A DNA stretch of 64,000 nt from an uncultured Candidatus Saccharibacteria bacterium. Lineage in GTDB: Bacteria > Patescibacteriota > Doudnabacteria > UBA920. Below, piece after piece: positions 26,256 through 36,379 of the stretch. The stretch's first letter is position 1. The number at the start of each line of letters is the position of its first letter. Where the stretch lies: assembly GCA_964532005.1 (NCBI GenBank), contig CAZHER010000001.1:55502-119501 (forward strand). Reading direction: 5' to 3'. The notes under the pieces are model-generated. The model made no database searches. It was not told where the DNA came from and saw only the letters and a list, made by a program, of their open reading frames with translations. A program made the position numbers and the translations under genes.

Positions 26256-27779
26256 ATGGAAATCAAATCAGGCTACAAACCGGTTATAGGATTAGAAATA
26301 CACGTACAACTTGCTACTAAGAGCAAGATGTTTTCACCAGCGCCAAATAACCCTAACGAAAAAGTTCCGAACACCAACATAGATGAAATTGTCACCGCTG
26401 AACCAGGAACTTTGCCAGTGGTAAACAAAGAAGCTGTTCGCCTTGGTGTTATGGTAGGAATGGCTTTAAATTGTGAAATTCCTGAGTTTTCAAAATTTGA
26501 CCGAAAACATTATTTTTATCCCGACCTTCCCAAAGGTTATCAAATTTCTCAGTACGATGAGCCTGTTGCACAGAATGGCTATGTGGACATTGCAATACCT
26601 GACACATCTGCTGAAAGTGGTCAAAGGATAAAAAGAGTTCGTATTACTCGGGCTCATTTGGAGGAGGATGCTGGAAAGAATGTTCATCCAGAAGGGTTGC
26701 CGTATTCCTTGGTTGACTACAATCGCGCCGGAGCGCCGTTGCTTGAAATAGTAACGGAACCAGATATTGAAAGCGCCGAAGAAGCAAAGCTATTTTTGCA
26801 GGAATTACGTAATATTGTTCGTTATGTGGGGGCTAGCGATGCAGATATGGAAAAAGGAACTATGCGCTGTGAGCCGAACATCTCTGTCAGGAAACCTGGC
26901 CAAACCGAATTGCCCAACTATAAGGTTGAGGTGAAAAATATTAACTCTTTTAAGTTTGCTGAAGCTGCAATTAATTATGAAATTCCGAGACAGATTGAAA
27001 TGCTTGAATCAGGCCAAACTCCGAAACAGGTAACAATGGGGTGGAATGAAAAGTTGAATCAAACCGTTGAGCAACGAAGCAAAGAGGAGGCTAATGATTA
27101 CAGATATTTTCCCGATCCAGACTTACCGGTAATGCATTTTATATCGGATTATTTAGAAGATTTACGCGGAAAGTTGCCAGAGCTTCCCGCTGCAAAGCGA
27201 GCGAGGTTTAAAGAAGAATATGGTCTACCCAGTGCCGACATTGAAAATTTAATTTCGTGGAAAGAACTTACATATTATTTTGAAGACACTGTAAGCGAGA
27301 TCAAAGCCTGGCTCGAAGCGGACAGCTCTGCAGGTCAAGTTGAGCAGGACACAACAAAGCTTATTAAGCTTGCAGCCAACTGGTGCTTGCAGGATTTTTC
27401 CGCTTTGTTAAATGCGCAGTCCATTAGTCCTATTGATGCAAAAGTTAGTCCCGAAAACATGGCAGAGTTGATAAAACTCATCAGTGCTGGAACAATTTCG
27501 GCTTCCGCCGCAAAGCAGGTGTTTAAGGTGATGTTTGAAAAGGGCGGGGAACCAGACAATATTGTGCAGGATTTAGGTTTATCGCAAGTCAGTGATGAAA
27601 GCGCAATCACTGCCGCAATACAGAAGGTAGTTACTGACAATGAAAAAGCTGTTGTCGACTTTAAATCTGGCCATGAAAAATCTTTTGGCTTTTTGGTAGG
27701 GATGGTAATGAAAGAAATGAAGGGCCAGGGTAATCCTCAAGTTGTGAATGAGCTGTTGAGGAAAAAACTGTCTGAATAA
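26256..27779 (+). CDS. gatB: Asp-tRNA(Asn)/Glu-tRNA(Gln) amidotransferase subunit B
   Basis: GatB/GatE catalytic region. C-terminal GatB/YqeY domain. Confidence 0.9.
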   Translation: MEIKSGYKPVIGLEIHVQLATKSKMFSPAPNNPNEKVPNTNIDEIVTAEPGTLPVVNKEAVRLGVMVGMALNCEIPEFSKFDRKHYFYPDLPKGYQISQYDEPVAQNGYVDIAIPDTSAESGQRIKRVRITRAHLEEDAGKNVHPEGLPYSLVDYNRAGAPLLEIVTEPDIESAEEAKLFLQELRNIVRYVGASDADMEKGTMRCEPNISVRKPGQTELPNYKVEVKNINSFKFAEAAINYEIPRQIEMLESGQTPKQVTMGWNEKLNQTVEQRSKEEANDYRYFPDPDLPVMHFISDYLEDLRGKLPELPAAKRARFKEEYGLPSADIENLISWKELTYYFEDTVSEIKAWLEADSSAGQVEQDTTKLIKLAANWCLQDFSALLNAQSISPIDAKVSPENMAELIKLISAGTISASAAKQVFKVMFEKGGEPDNIVQDLGLSQVSDESAITAAIQKVVTDNEKAVVDFKSGHEKSFGFLVGMVMKEMKGQGNPQVVNELLRKKLSE

Positions 27780-27784
27780 TGAAT

Positions 27785-28711
27785 TTAAAAGTTTATCTGT
27801 TCGGTAGGTTTTGACAACCAAATAATATTCTTGTTTCTTTTCCACCACGTCATTTGCCTTTTTGAATATTGGTTGATTGCGATTTCCAGTTTTGTTTCGG
27901 TTTCTTTTTTATCCATTTTATTCTGCAAATACAAACTTCCAAATCTATATTCAAGGCCAAGGTTCCACATTCTTTGCCAAGAAACCCCTTGTTTATGCAA
28001 GATTTTGATTTCGTGAAACATGCCGTTTTTTATTCTTTGAGCAAGTCTAAGTTTAATCTTATTTCGTAGTGTCTCAGGTTCGGTTTTTATCCCAATCCAT
28101 TTTACGGTATAAGGACTGCCATGCTTCACTTTCGGAATTGACTTACCGGTGCTTGTAATAATTTCTATGGCCCGTATGAGTCGGCGCGGATTTTTTGCAT
28201 CAATTTTTTTTGCCCTAGCAGGGTCTAGTTTTGTTAGCTTGGCATACAGCTGCTTAGCAGTAAGTTTTTCAAGTTTTCGTCTTAGTGTATGATTTGGTTT
28301 GACTTTAGGGAACCGTTGTTCGTATATGACAGCATCTAGCCAATGTGCTGTGCCACCGCAAAGAATCGGAACTTTTTTTCTTTTTAGAATTGCTGTTATG
28401 ACCTTTTTCCCATACTTTTGGAATTGGGCAACGCTATACTGCCTTTTAGGACTGGCAATGTCTATTCCGTAATGGACAACTCCTTTGTACAGGTAGATTG
28501 TTTTTCCATCTTTTTTTGTCCATCGACCGCTAATTTTGCCAGTGCCTATGTCCATGCCACGGTAAATTTGCCTGCTGTCTACTGATAACACTTCACCTCC
28601 CAGTTTTTTAGCCAATTTTACAGCCAATTCGCTCTTACCGCTTGCAGTAGGGCCGACTACAGCAATTATTTTTGGTTTCATGTCCATGGTGCTATAATTT
28701 GAGAAAAGCAT
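27785..28711 (-). CDS. miaA: tRNA dimethylallyltransferase
   Basis: P-loop GPTASGKS and the MiaA core (LSVDSRQIYRGMDIGTGK). Confidence 0.85.
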   Translation of the reverse strand: MLFSNYSTMDMKPKIIAVVGPTASGKSELAVKLAKKLGGEVLSVDSRQIYRGMDIGTGKISGRWTKKDGKTIYLYKGVVHYGIDIASPKRQYSVAQFQKYGKKVITAILKRKKVPILCGGTAHWLDAVIYEQRFPKVKPNHTLRRKLEKLTAKQLYAKLTKLDPARAKKIDAKNPRRLIRAIEIITSTGKSIPKVKHGSPYTVKWIGIKTEPETLRNKIKLRLAQRIKNGMFHEIKILHKQGVSWQRMWNLGLEYRFGSLYLQNKMDKKETETKLEIAINQYSKRQMTWWKRNKNIIWLSKPTEQINF

Positions 28712-28740
28712 ACCATATTTGAAAATTAATTTCTAAGCTT

Positions 28741-29298
28741 ATGCAAAACAAAATTTTATATACAATACTGGCGGTTCTAGTAGTCGCTCTTATTGGTTTG
28801 TATATCTACGGTAAAAACCAGGCACAAGCGCCGACAGTTGAGACTCATAACGAAAATCAAAACACTGCATCGTTGCTCACAGCCCCAGAAAATATTAATT
28901 CCAATCCGTCTGCAAATAATGCTAGCACTCAAGCTAATGCTGAAACTGAAAATAACCAAAACTCAAATTCTAACAGTCAAGGACAGTATTCCGATGAGTC
29001 GGACATACAAGGGAATGACGCTGCCGTGCAGGAGATTATATACGACGGTTCCAAGTTCAGCCCCTCTTCTATGACAGTAAAAAAAGGGGACATAGTAATT
29101 TTTAAAAATAACAGCGATGGCGGGTTTTGGCCTGCTTCCGGACCTCACCCTTCCCACACCAATTACCCTGAATTTGATGCAAAATCTTCAGTGGGGGCAG
29201 GAAAAACTTTTCAATTCAAATTTAACAAGGTTGGAAATTGGCCATTTCATGACCATTTAAATCCATCAGCAACAGGCAGCATCAAAGTCACTGAATAA
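28741..29298 (+). CDS. secreted cupredoxin-like domain protein
   Basis: N-terminal TM/signal, N/Q-rich linker, and a C-terminal beta-sandwich-like region with His-rich motifs (GPHPSHTNYPEFD, FHDHLNP). It lacks the canonical type-1 copper Cys ligand, so this is a fold-level guess only. Confidence 0.4.
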   Translation: MQNKILYTILAVLVVALIGLYIYGKNQAQAPTVETHNENQNTASLLTAPENINSNPSANNASTQANAETENNQNSNSNSQGQYSDESDIQGNDAAVQEIIYDGSKFSPSSMTVKKGDIVIFKNNSDGGFWPASGPHPSHTNYPEFDAKSSVGAGKTFQFKFNKVGNWPFHDHLNPSATGSIKVTE

Positions 29299-29313
29299 AG
29301 GATTTAGTAAAAG

Positions 29314-29349
29314 AACTCTCTAATTTTTTAAGTTTAGAGAGTTTTTTTG
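29314..29349 (+). terminator. rho-independent terminator
   Basis: Perfect 10-bp stem aactctctaa/ttagagagtt with a 10-nt loop, followed by T6. Confidence 0.7.
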
Positions 29350-29399
29350 GTTAGTATGGAAAAAATGTTATAATTTATTGGTAATTGGGAGAAGTTAGC

Positions 29400-30215
29400 A
29401 TGGAAAATAGCCAAATTTATGGACATTCAGCCATACAAAAAACTTTGTCAGCAGAGCTGGAAAAAGGTGATTTATCTCATGCGTATTTATTTTTTGGACC
29501 CGAGGGGGTAGGGAAGTTTAGTTTGGCGAAGCAATTTGCAAAGCAAATCGCTAACAACAGCCCTGCCGATATCTTTGAGCTTGATTTGTCTGAGAATGGA
29601 ACTATAGGTGATTTGCGGCAATTCTTGTCCACCATTTCAGTTAAGCCAGTTTTGGCTAATCGTAAAGTTGCCATTATTAACAATTTCGAATTAGCTTCTG
29701 ATCTTTTGGGCAACGCAATGCTAAAAACTTTAGAAGATCCTACACCCAGCACCGTAATAATTCTAGTATCATCAAGACAAGTGCTTCCAACAATAATTTC
29801 TCGTTGCCGAGTTTTAAGTTTTGGCAGACTTCAGCCGGAAGAAATTAAACAGTTAGCTGGTGCGTTGCAGTTAAATGTGACAAATGAACAGATATTACTT
29901 ACTGCCGGCTCACCCGCCAGACTAATAAAATTGTTTGACACAGGGGACCTGCGGAAAAAAGTTTCAGATTGGAGTAGTAAAATGGTTGATGCTCAAAATT
30001 TTGAAATCAGTAGCAAGCTGTTGTTGATCTCCGAGCTCGGTACAGAAGATACGGAAGTTTTGCGACAAGTTTTGCTTGCTTTTATAGAACGGTTGCGTCA
30101 AAGGTTGTCTGCATCCCCTCAGTTGGCCGAACAGATCAGAAAGGCAATGGAGGGATTGGATTTATTAAGATTTAATTTAAATAAAAAACTAGTTTTGCAG
30201 CGGGTGCTGCTCTAA
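29400..30215 (+). CDS. holB: DNA polymerase III delta-prime subunit-like (AAA+ clamp loader subunit)
   Basis: P-loop-like FFGPEGVGKFSLAKQFAKQI and clamp-loader-like organisation. Start taken at the ATG at 29400, preceded by GGGAG. Confidence 0.7.
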   Translation: MENSQIYGHSAIQKTLSAELEKGDLSHAYLFFGPEGVGKFSLAKQFAKQIANNSPADIFELDLSENGTIGDLRQFLSTISVKPVLANRKVAIINNFELASDLLGNAMLKTLEDPTPSTVIILVSSRQVLPTIISRCRVLSFGRLQPEEIKQLAGALQLNVTNEQILLTAGSPARLIKLFDTGDLRKKVSDWSSKMVDAQNFEISSKLLLISELGTEDTEVLRQVLLAFIERLRQRLSASPQLAEQIRKAMEGLDLLRFNLNKKLVLQRVLL

Positions 30216-30224
30216 ACAAAAAAT

Positions 30225-31280
30225 ATGAAAATATTAAAAACAATTTCAATATTTGCAGTGATAGTATTTTTGGGTGCTTCATGTAATTTGTTCGGAGGCG
30301 GCGGAAGCGACAACTCTAAAACCAACAAGCAAGCAGGTGTTTTGCGTTCCGCCAACGGCGGGACTGACTGGCAAGCCGCCAACTCTATTAAAGACAAAGC
30401 AGATGCAACTTTGGCAGGAACAAACGTATCTGGTATGAAGTTCAAGCCAAACTCAACAGATGTTATTTACATGTCCAGCTCTAACAAAGGAATGTTTGTT
30501 TCTGAGGACGGTGGTAATTCTTGGCGCTCAATTTTGTCTGATTTCAGCGTTTACGATTTTACTTTTGACCCATACAATGCCGATATTATCTATATCGCAG
30601 GGATGTCTTTAAATTATGGGCGCGTGTTGGTTACAAAGGATGCCGGGAAAACATGGCAAGAAATTTATAACGAAGGTGTTACTGGAAATCCGGTGAAGTC
30701 TATTTTGGCCGAAACCAGCCAAAGATTATATATTGGTTTAGAGTCTGGAAATTTAGTGAAAAGCGAGGATAGTGGGTTGAGTTGGAAGCTGGTCCACAAT
30801 TTTAAAAATCGGGTAGGCCCGATCAAAACTTATAATGGCAGTTTGTATGTTATGACCAAGAAACAAGGTTTGTACAAAAGCGCTGACGGACTAAACTTTA
30901 CAGGGGTGACATATGACGTGGGTCAAGAAAAAACTTTGGTTGTATTTAACAAATCCGGCGATTTTAACAATTTTGTATTAGGACTAAATACTATATACTT
31001 AGCTACAGCCAATGGGTTGTTTCATAGCCTAGATCAAGGCGCAACCTGGGCCAAACTTGTTTTGCCGGTTCAGGACCAGTCAGCCACAATACTTGCTTTA
31101 GGGGTTAGCCCGGCAACCGACAGTGTAGTGTATACTGCAGTTAAGTCTACTATATATAAGACAACGGACGGTGGTAGTACTTGGCAAACTCAAAACGCCA
31201 ATACACAATCTCAAATCGGATCGATATTGGTTCACCCTCAAAACCAGCAAGTAGTTTATGCCGGAGCATTTAATAAGTAA
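30225..31280 (+). CDS. lipoprotein with BNR/Asp-box repeats (sialidase/Ycf48-like beta-propeller)
   Basis: Lipobox LGASC. Repeated SxDxGxTW motifs (SEDGGNSW, TKDAGKTW, SEDSGLSW, TTDGGSTW). Confidence 0.6.
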   Translation: MKILKTISIFAVIVFLGASCNLFGGGGSDNSKTNKQAGVLRSANGGTDWQAANSIKDKADATLAGTNVSGMKFKPNSTDVIYMSSSNKGMFVSEDGGNSWRSILSDFSVYDFTFDPYNADIIYIAGMSLNYGRVLVTKDAGKTWQEIYNEGVTGNPVKSILAETSQRLYIGLESGNLVKSEDSGLSWKLVHNFKNRVGPIKTYNGSLYVMTKKQGLYKSADGLNFTGVTYDVGQEKTLVVFNKSGDFNNFVLGLNTIYLATANGLFHSLDQGATWAKLVLPVQDQSATILALGVSPATDSVVYTAVKSTIYKTTDGGSTWQTQNANTQSQIGSILVHPQNQQVVYAGAFNK

Positions 31281-31301
31281 ACGAAACTTAATCAATAGCC
31301 A

Positions 31302-31847
31302 ATGTTAGAACAGAGTAAACCACAATTTGATAAGGCGATAGAACATTTTCACCATGAACTATCTAGCGTCAGAACAGGCAGAGCTAATCCCGCTTTGCTT
31401 TCAACAGTTATGGTGGACAGCTATGGGGTCAAAGTTCCTATTGCTCAGGTTGCCAATGTTACTGTTAGCGATGCAAAAACTTTAACTATCAGCCCATGGG
31501 ATAAAAGTCAGTTGCAGGAAATCGAAAAAGGCATTATTTCAGCCAATTTGGGATTCATGCCCGGCAACGATGGAAATGTAATAAGAATAAATCTCCCCCC
31601 TTTAACCGAAGACCGCCGCAAAGAGATGGTAAAGTTGGTAGGGCAAATGGCAGAAAGTGCCCGCATTGCAGTAAGGCAGGTTAGAGAAGAAGTAATGAAA
31701 GAATTGAAGCGTGGGGAATCCGCAGGAGATATTACCAAAGACGACTTGGTGCATCAGCAGAAAAAATTGCAAGATATGGTTGATGATTATAACAACCAGA
31801 TCAAAGTTGGTGCTGATGAAAAAGAGCAAGAATTAATGACAATTTAA
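31302..31847 (+). CDS. frr: ribosome recycling factor
   Basis: 181 aa with typical Frr sequence (VRTGRANPALLSTVMVDSYG...). Confidence 0.9.
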   Translation: MLEQSKPQFDKAIEHFHHELSSVRTGRANPALLSTVMVDSYGVKVPIAQVANVTVSDAKTLTISPWDKSQLQEIEKGIISANLGFMPGNDGNVIRINLPPLTEDRRKEMVKLVGQMAESARIAVRQVREEVMKELKRGESAGDITKDDLVHQQKKLQDMVDDYNNQIKVGADEKEQELMTI

Positions 31848-31854
31848 ACTAAGA

Positions 31855-32991
31855 ATGTTAATTACTATACTAATTTTTGTAATAGTTTTAGGGCTACTGG
31901 TATTTGTTCATGAAGCAGGCCATTTCATTGCAGCTAAGCGTAGTGGAATGCAGGTTCACGAATTTGGCTTCGGTTTCCCCCCACGGCTTATTGGTTTGCA
32001 AAAAGTGGAAGGGCAATGGCGCGTGGTATGGCGTAAAACTCCGGCAGAATCCGAAAATACCATTTATTCCATCAACTGGATTCCTTTAGGCGGGTTTGTA
32101 AAAATTCTCGGAGAAAATAATGATTCAGTTGAAGACCCGAAAAGTTTTATTAATCGACCTTTTTGGCCTCGGCTGTTGACTTTGGCCGCCGGAGTCCTAA
32201 TGAATGTTTTGCTGGCCTGGGTATTGCTGTCTGCGGGGTTTATGATAGGGATGCCGGTTGCCAGCGAAGGCGATGATTTACCTAAAGGAGCAGTATTAAG
32301 TGACGAAAAGGTTGCGGTACTGGATATAATTCCTGATTCACCAGCGGCAAAAGCAGGACTGCAGTCTGGTGACACAATCTTAAGATTAGATGGGAATGAG
32401 ATTAAAAATATAGAATCGGTTCGTGATTATATATACAACAATAAAGGGAAAAAAATAGTTTTTGAAGTTCAGCGTTTAGATAAATCTATTAGTGCCGAAG
32501 TGCAGTCCGATGCCAATCCACCAGCTAATTCTGGTCCAACCGGGGTGGGTTTAGCTACGGTCGGAGAGCTAACTTTGCCTTGGTACAATGCTTTGTGGCA
32601 AGGTGCTGTAACAACGTTTAATCAACTTCGAGCAATAGTTGAAGGTTTGATTGGATTATTCAGCACTGGCGACGGTTTGCAAAATATTGGCGGTCCAGTC
32701 AAAATAGCCCAGTTGACCGGCCAGGTAGCGAGAATAGGATTTATTCCGCTTTTGCAATTTGTAGCTTTCCTGTCTTTGAATCTGGCTTTATTAAACAGCT
32801 TGCCAATTCCCGCTTTGGACGGTGGCCGTATGCTTTTCCTTGTTATTGAAAAAATCCGCGGCAAGCGCAATAATCCGCAGTGGGAACAAAGTGCAAACGC
32901 CATTGGGTTTATACTTCTTTTACTACTAATGGTGGTAGTGACTGCGCGAGATGTAATTTCAACAACGTTATTTAAGAACATTATTGGATAA
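31855..32991 (+). CDS. rseP: RseP-like site-2 protease (peptidase M50) with PDZ domain
   Basis: HEAGH zinc motif in TM1. Central PDZ domain. C-terminal LDGG motif. Confidence 0.85.
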   Translation: MLITILIFVIVLGLLVFVHEAGHFIAAKRSGMQVHEFGFGFPPRLIGLQKVEGQWRVVWRKTPAESENTIYSINWIPLGGFVKILGENNDSVEDPKSFINRPFWPRLLTLAAGVLMNVLLAWVLLSAGFMIGMPVASEGDDLPKGAVLSDEKVAVLDIIPDSPAAKAGLQSGDTILRLDGNEIKNIESVRDYIYNNKGKKIVFEVQRLDKSISAEVQSDANPPANSGPTGVGLATVGELTLPWYNALWQGAVTTFNQLRAIVEGLIGLFSTGDGLQNIGGPVKIAQLTGQVARIGFIPLLQFVAFLSLNLALLNSLPIPALDGGRMLFLVIEKIRGKRNNPQWEQSANAIGFILLLLLMVVVTARDVISTTLFKNIIG

Positions 32992-34450
32992 TATGGACAA
33001 ATCATTTGAAAAAAAGGGGTTAACCAAAAAATCGGAAAATATCTCCGATTGGTATCATGACGTGGTTCTGAGAGCGGAGTTGGCGGAATATTCAGAAGTA
33101 AAAGGATGCATGATACTGCGCCCAAATGGGTATGGTTTATGGGAAAAAGCCCAAAGCGTTTTGGATACTTGGTTTAAAGAGGGCGGGGTTCAAAATGTCT
33201 ATTTTCCTTTATTTGTCCCGATGAGTTTATTTGAAAAAGAAAAAGAGCATGTTGAAGGTTTTGCCCCCGAACTTGCTGTGGTTACTCACGGTGGAGGAGA
33301 AGAATTGGCCGAGCCTTTGGCCATTCGCCCAACTTCAGAAACCGTCATTACGCAAAAATTTGCAGAGTGGATTTCCAGTTACCGGGATCTTCCAATGAAG
33401 CTAAATCAATGGTGTAACGTGGTGCGTTGGGAAAGGCGAACGTATCCTTTCATGCGCACTTCAGAGTTTTTATGGCAAGAGGGACATACCGCACATGCTA
33501 ATACCGAAGATTCTATGAAAATGGTGAGAGAAGCTTTGGAGTGGTACAGGAAGTTTTATGAAGAATATTTTGCAATTTCTGCATATGTCGGACTTAAGAG
33601 CGAAAACGAAAAATTTGCTGGCGCTGACGCTACTTATTCCATAGAATTGGTTATGCCGGATGGAAAAGCTTTGCAAGCAGCCACCTCTCATTATTTAGGA
33701 ACCAATTTTGGAAAGGCTTTCAACGTAACTTATTTGGATGATAAAGGAGAAAAACAGTTAGTGCATCAGACCTCTTGGGGTTTTTCTACTCGTTCTATTG
33801 GCGGTTTGGTCCTGACCCACGGTGACGATTCGGGTCTTGTTTTGCCCCCTCAAGTAGCCTTAACTCAAGTTGTTGTTATTGTTTTGGGAACCAAAAACGA
33901 AGAAGAACAGAATCAATTAGCTGAGTATGCTGAACAGATCGTTGCCAGTCTAAAACGTAAAGGAATACGAGTCAGGCTCGACGCCGATACCCAACGTAGC
34001 CTGGGCAATAGAATCAATAATTGGGAATTAAAAGGCGTGCCACTAAGAATAGAGATAGGAGTAAAAGAATTTGAGAAAAGAGAAGTAAAACTGGCTCGGC
34101 GCGATAACTTTGAAAAATCTTTTATCTCTATAGACGGAATAGAAAATTCGGTTGCCGATATACTTACTTCAATACAGGCCAGCTTGTTGGAAAAATCAAA
34201 ATCGGAAAAAGATCGACTGACAACAACCGCAAGTAACTTCGATGAATTTAAAAAAATCATGGCTGAAAGCAAAATGTTCATCCGAGCTTTTTGGTGCGAA
34301 GATCCGGCATGCGAGATGAAAATTAAAGAGCAGACCAAGGCGGTTACAAGAGTTCTAGAATTGGACCAGATAGATACAAATGAGCAGAATACTTGCGTGC
34401 ATTGTGGGAAATCAGCCAAGCGCAAGTGGCTTTTTGCCCAAAGTTATTAG
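32984..34450 (+). CDS. proS: prolyl-tRNA synthetase, archaeal/eukaryal-type (class II, C-terminal Zn-binding domain)
   Basis: 488 aa. Class II motifs. No bacterial-type insertion (editing) domain. C-terminal Cys cluster CEDPACE...CVHCG. Confidence 0.85.
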   Translation: MDNMDKSFEKKGLTKKSENISDWYHDVVLRAELAEYSEVKGCMILRPNGYGLWEKAQSVLDTWFKEGGVQNVYFPLFVPMSLFEKEKEHVEGFAPELAVVTHGGGEELAEPLAIRPTSETVITQKFAEWISSYRDLPMKLNQWCNVVRWERRTYPFMRTSEFLWQEGHTAHANTEDSMKMVREALEWYRKFYEEYFAISAYVGLKSENEKFAGADATYSIELVMPDGKALQAATSHYLGTNFGKAFNVTYLDDKGEKQLVHQTSWGFSTRSIGGLVLTHGDDSGLVLPPQVALTQVVVIVLGTKNEEEQNQLAEYAEQIVASLKRKGIRVRLDADTQRSLGNRINNWELKGVPLRIEIGVKEFEKREVKLARRDNFEKSFISIDGIENSVADILTSIQASLLEKSKSEKDRLTTTASNFDEFKKIMAESKMFIRAFWCEDPACEMKIKEQTKAVTRVLELDQIDTNEQNTCVHCGKSAKRKWLFAQSY

Positions 34451-34492
34451 ATAATTTACAGAAACCAGCAATTGCTTTAATATACTAGAATA

Positions 34493-35545
34493 ATGTTTGA
34501 TTCAGTTTTTAAAAGGTTTTCAAAAGATCTGGGGATAGATCTTGGAACGGCAAATACCCTCGTCTATGTAAAAGGCAAGGGTATTGTTATCAATGAACCT
34601 TCGGTTGTGGCAGTAAATCAAAGAACTAAGCAAATTTTGGCGATTGGAACTGAAGCCCAAAGAATGGTTGGTCGTACACCTGCTCACATTGTTGCTAATA
34701 GACCTTTGGTTTCGGGGGTTATTTCCGATTTTGAAGTGACCGAACAGATGCTCAGGTATTTTATAGACAAAGTTCACAATGAAACATATTCATTTCTCCG
34801 CCGTCCGCGCGTTGTCATTGGAATACCTTCCGGCGTAACCGAAGTAGAAAAGCGCGCCGTGCAAGATGCTGCTATTAATGCAGGGGCCAGACAAGCTTTT
34901 TTGATAGAAGAGCCAATGGCAGCTTCTATCGGAGCGCGTCTTCCTGTTCAAGAGGCACAAGGCTCAATGATAGTTGACATAGGTGGCGGAACTTCAGAAA
35001 TAGCGGTACTGTCCTTGGGTGGGGTTGTAATTTCTAGAAGTGTACGCGTGGCAGGAGACGAAATGAATAATAATATAGTTCAATACGTCCGCGATAATTT
35101 CAATTTACTTATCGGGGTTCGTAGTGCCGAAGAAGTCAAAATTAGTATTGGCTCTGCTTATCCTTTGTCAGAGCCAATGCAAGCCCGTTTGCGCGGCCGC
35201 GATTTAATTTCCGGGTTGCCAAAAGAAATCACAGTCAACGATACCCATATCCGAGACGCTTTGAAGCAGTCCGTGAGAACTATTGTCAATAACGTAAAAG
35301 CTGTAATTGAAGAAATTCCGCCAGAGATTATTTCGGATATTATGAGTCGAGGAATTATTTTGGCAGGCGGCGGCGCTTTATTACGAGGTTTGGATGCCTT
35401 ACTTTCGGAAGAGACCCAGATGCCAGTAACTATTGCGGACGATCCTCTCACCGCTGTTGTTCGGGGCGCTGGTATAGTAGTTGAAGATTTAGAGCATCTC
35501 TCCGAAGTTTTGCTCGTCACCGATTACAGCAGGATTCCCCGCTAA
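34493..35545 (+). CDS. mreB: rod shape-determining protein MreB
   Basis: Actin-fold motifs IDLGTANT and DIGGGTSE. Confidence 0.9.
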   Translation: MFDSVFKRFSKDLGIDLGTANTLVYVKGKGIVINEPSVVAVNQRTKQILAIGTEAQRMVGRTPAHIVANRPLVSGVISDFEVTEQMLRYFIDKVHNETYSFLRRPRVVIGIPSGVTEVEKRAVQDAAINAGARQAFLIEEPMAASIGARLPVQEAQGSMIVDIGGGTSEIAVLSLGGVVISRSVRVAGDEMNNNIVQYVRDNFNLLIGVRSAEEVKISIGSAYPLSEPMQARLRGRDLISGLPKEITVNDTHIRDALKQSVRTIVNNVKAVIEEIPPEIISDIMSRGIILAGGGALLRGLDALLSEETQMPVTIADDPLTAVVRGAGIVVEDLEHLSEVLLVTDYSRIPR

Positions 35546-35564
35546 ATTCTAAACATCAAAACAA

Positions 35565-36371
35565 ATGCGTTTTATCTACACCAAAGTATTTATGTGGTTC
35601 AGTATCTGCCTGGTGGTTTTGGTTGTTTTGTTGTTTTTGCAGTACAGAGGCTGGCTTTCTCCCGTGGAATACGTAATTGCACAAGCACCACGCCCTTTGG
35701 CAAGACTGGTGAGCGGGGTAGTGGTTCCAGTCAAAAATTTTACCGGCACAATATTCTCTTTAAAAAAATTGGCTAGTGAGAACACCAGACTTGAAAGTGA
35801 GTTAATGCAAGCAAAACTCAAGGTCGCTGAAAATGAAAGACTTTCTTCTGAAAACAGCTTATTGAGGCAAGAATTGGGATTTAAGAATAAAAGCGCTTTG
35901 CAACTCCAGCCGTGTTCCGTGTTGTCACGGGATCCCGAACAGTTGGCAGATGCTTTGGTAATAGATTGCGGAGAAAATCATCAGGTCAAGGAAGGCCAGG
36001 CTGTAATGTCCCAAGGATATTTGGTTGGAAAAGTTTTCCACGTAGGAAAATTCAGCAGCACTGTATTTTTAATTACCAATGCTGAGTCTTCCGTAGACGC
36101 ACAAATATTAAATCCCGGCTCAGAGCGGGTAACTGGTGTTATTAAAGGATCTTATGGATCAGGGATTGTGATTGATTTCGTTTCGCAGAACAGCAAACTT
36201 AACAAAGGAGATCTTGTTACTACTGCAGGGATTTCCGGAATAATACCCAAGGATATTTTGATCGGCGACGTTGGCCAGGAGCTGTCTAGGCCGGAGGATT
36301 TGTTTAAAAAATCCAGTATCGCTTCCCCGATAGATTTTAGAAATCTAGATTTTGTGTTTGTTGTAAAATAA
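35565..36371 (+). CDS. mreC: rod shape-determining protein MreC
   Basis: N-terminal TM and coiled coil, then a beta-rich domain. Position after mreB. Confidence 0.75.
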   Translation: MRFIYTKVFMWFSICLVVLVVLLFLQYRGWLSPVEYVIAQAPRPLARLVSGVVVPVKNFTGTIFSLKKLASENTRLESELMQAKLKVAENERLSSENSLLRQELGFKNKSALQLQPCSVLSRDPEQLADALVIDCGENHQVKEGQAVMSQGYLVGKVFHVGKFSSTVFLITNAESSVDAQILNPGSERVTGVIKGSYGSGIVIDFVSQNSKLNKGDLVTTAGISGIIPKDILIGDVGQELSRPEDLFKKSSIASPIDFRNLDFVFVVK

Positions 36372-36379
36372 AGTCGCGC

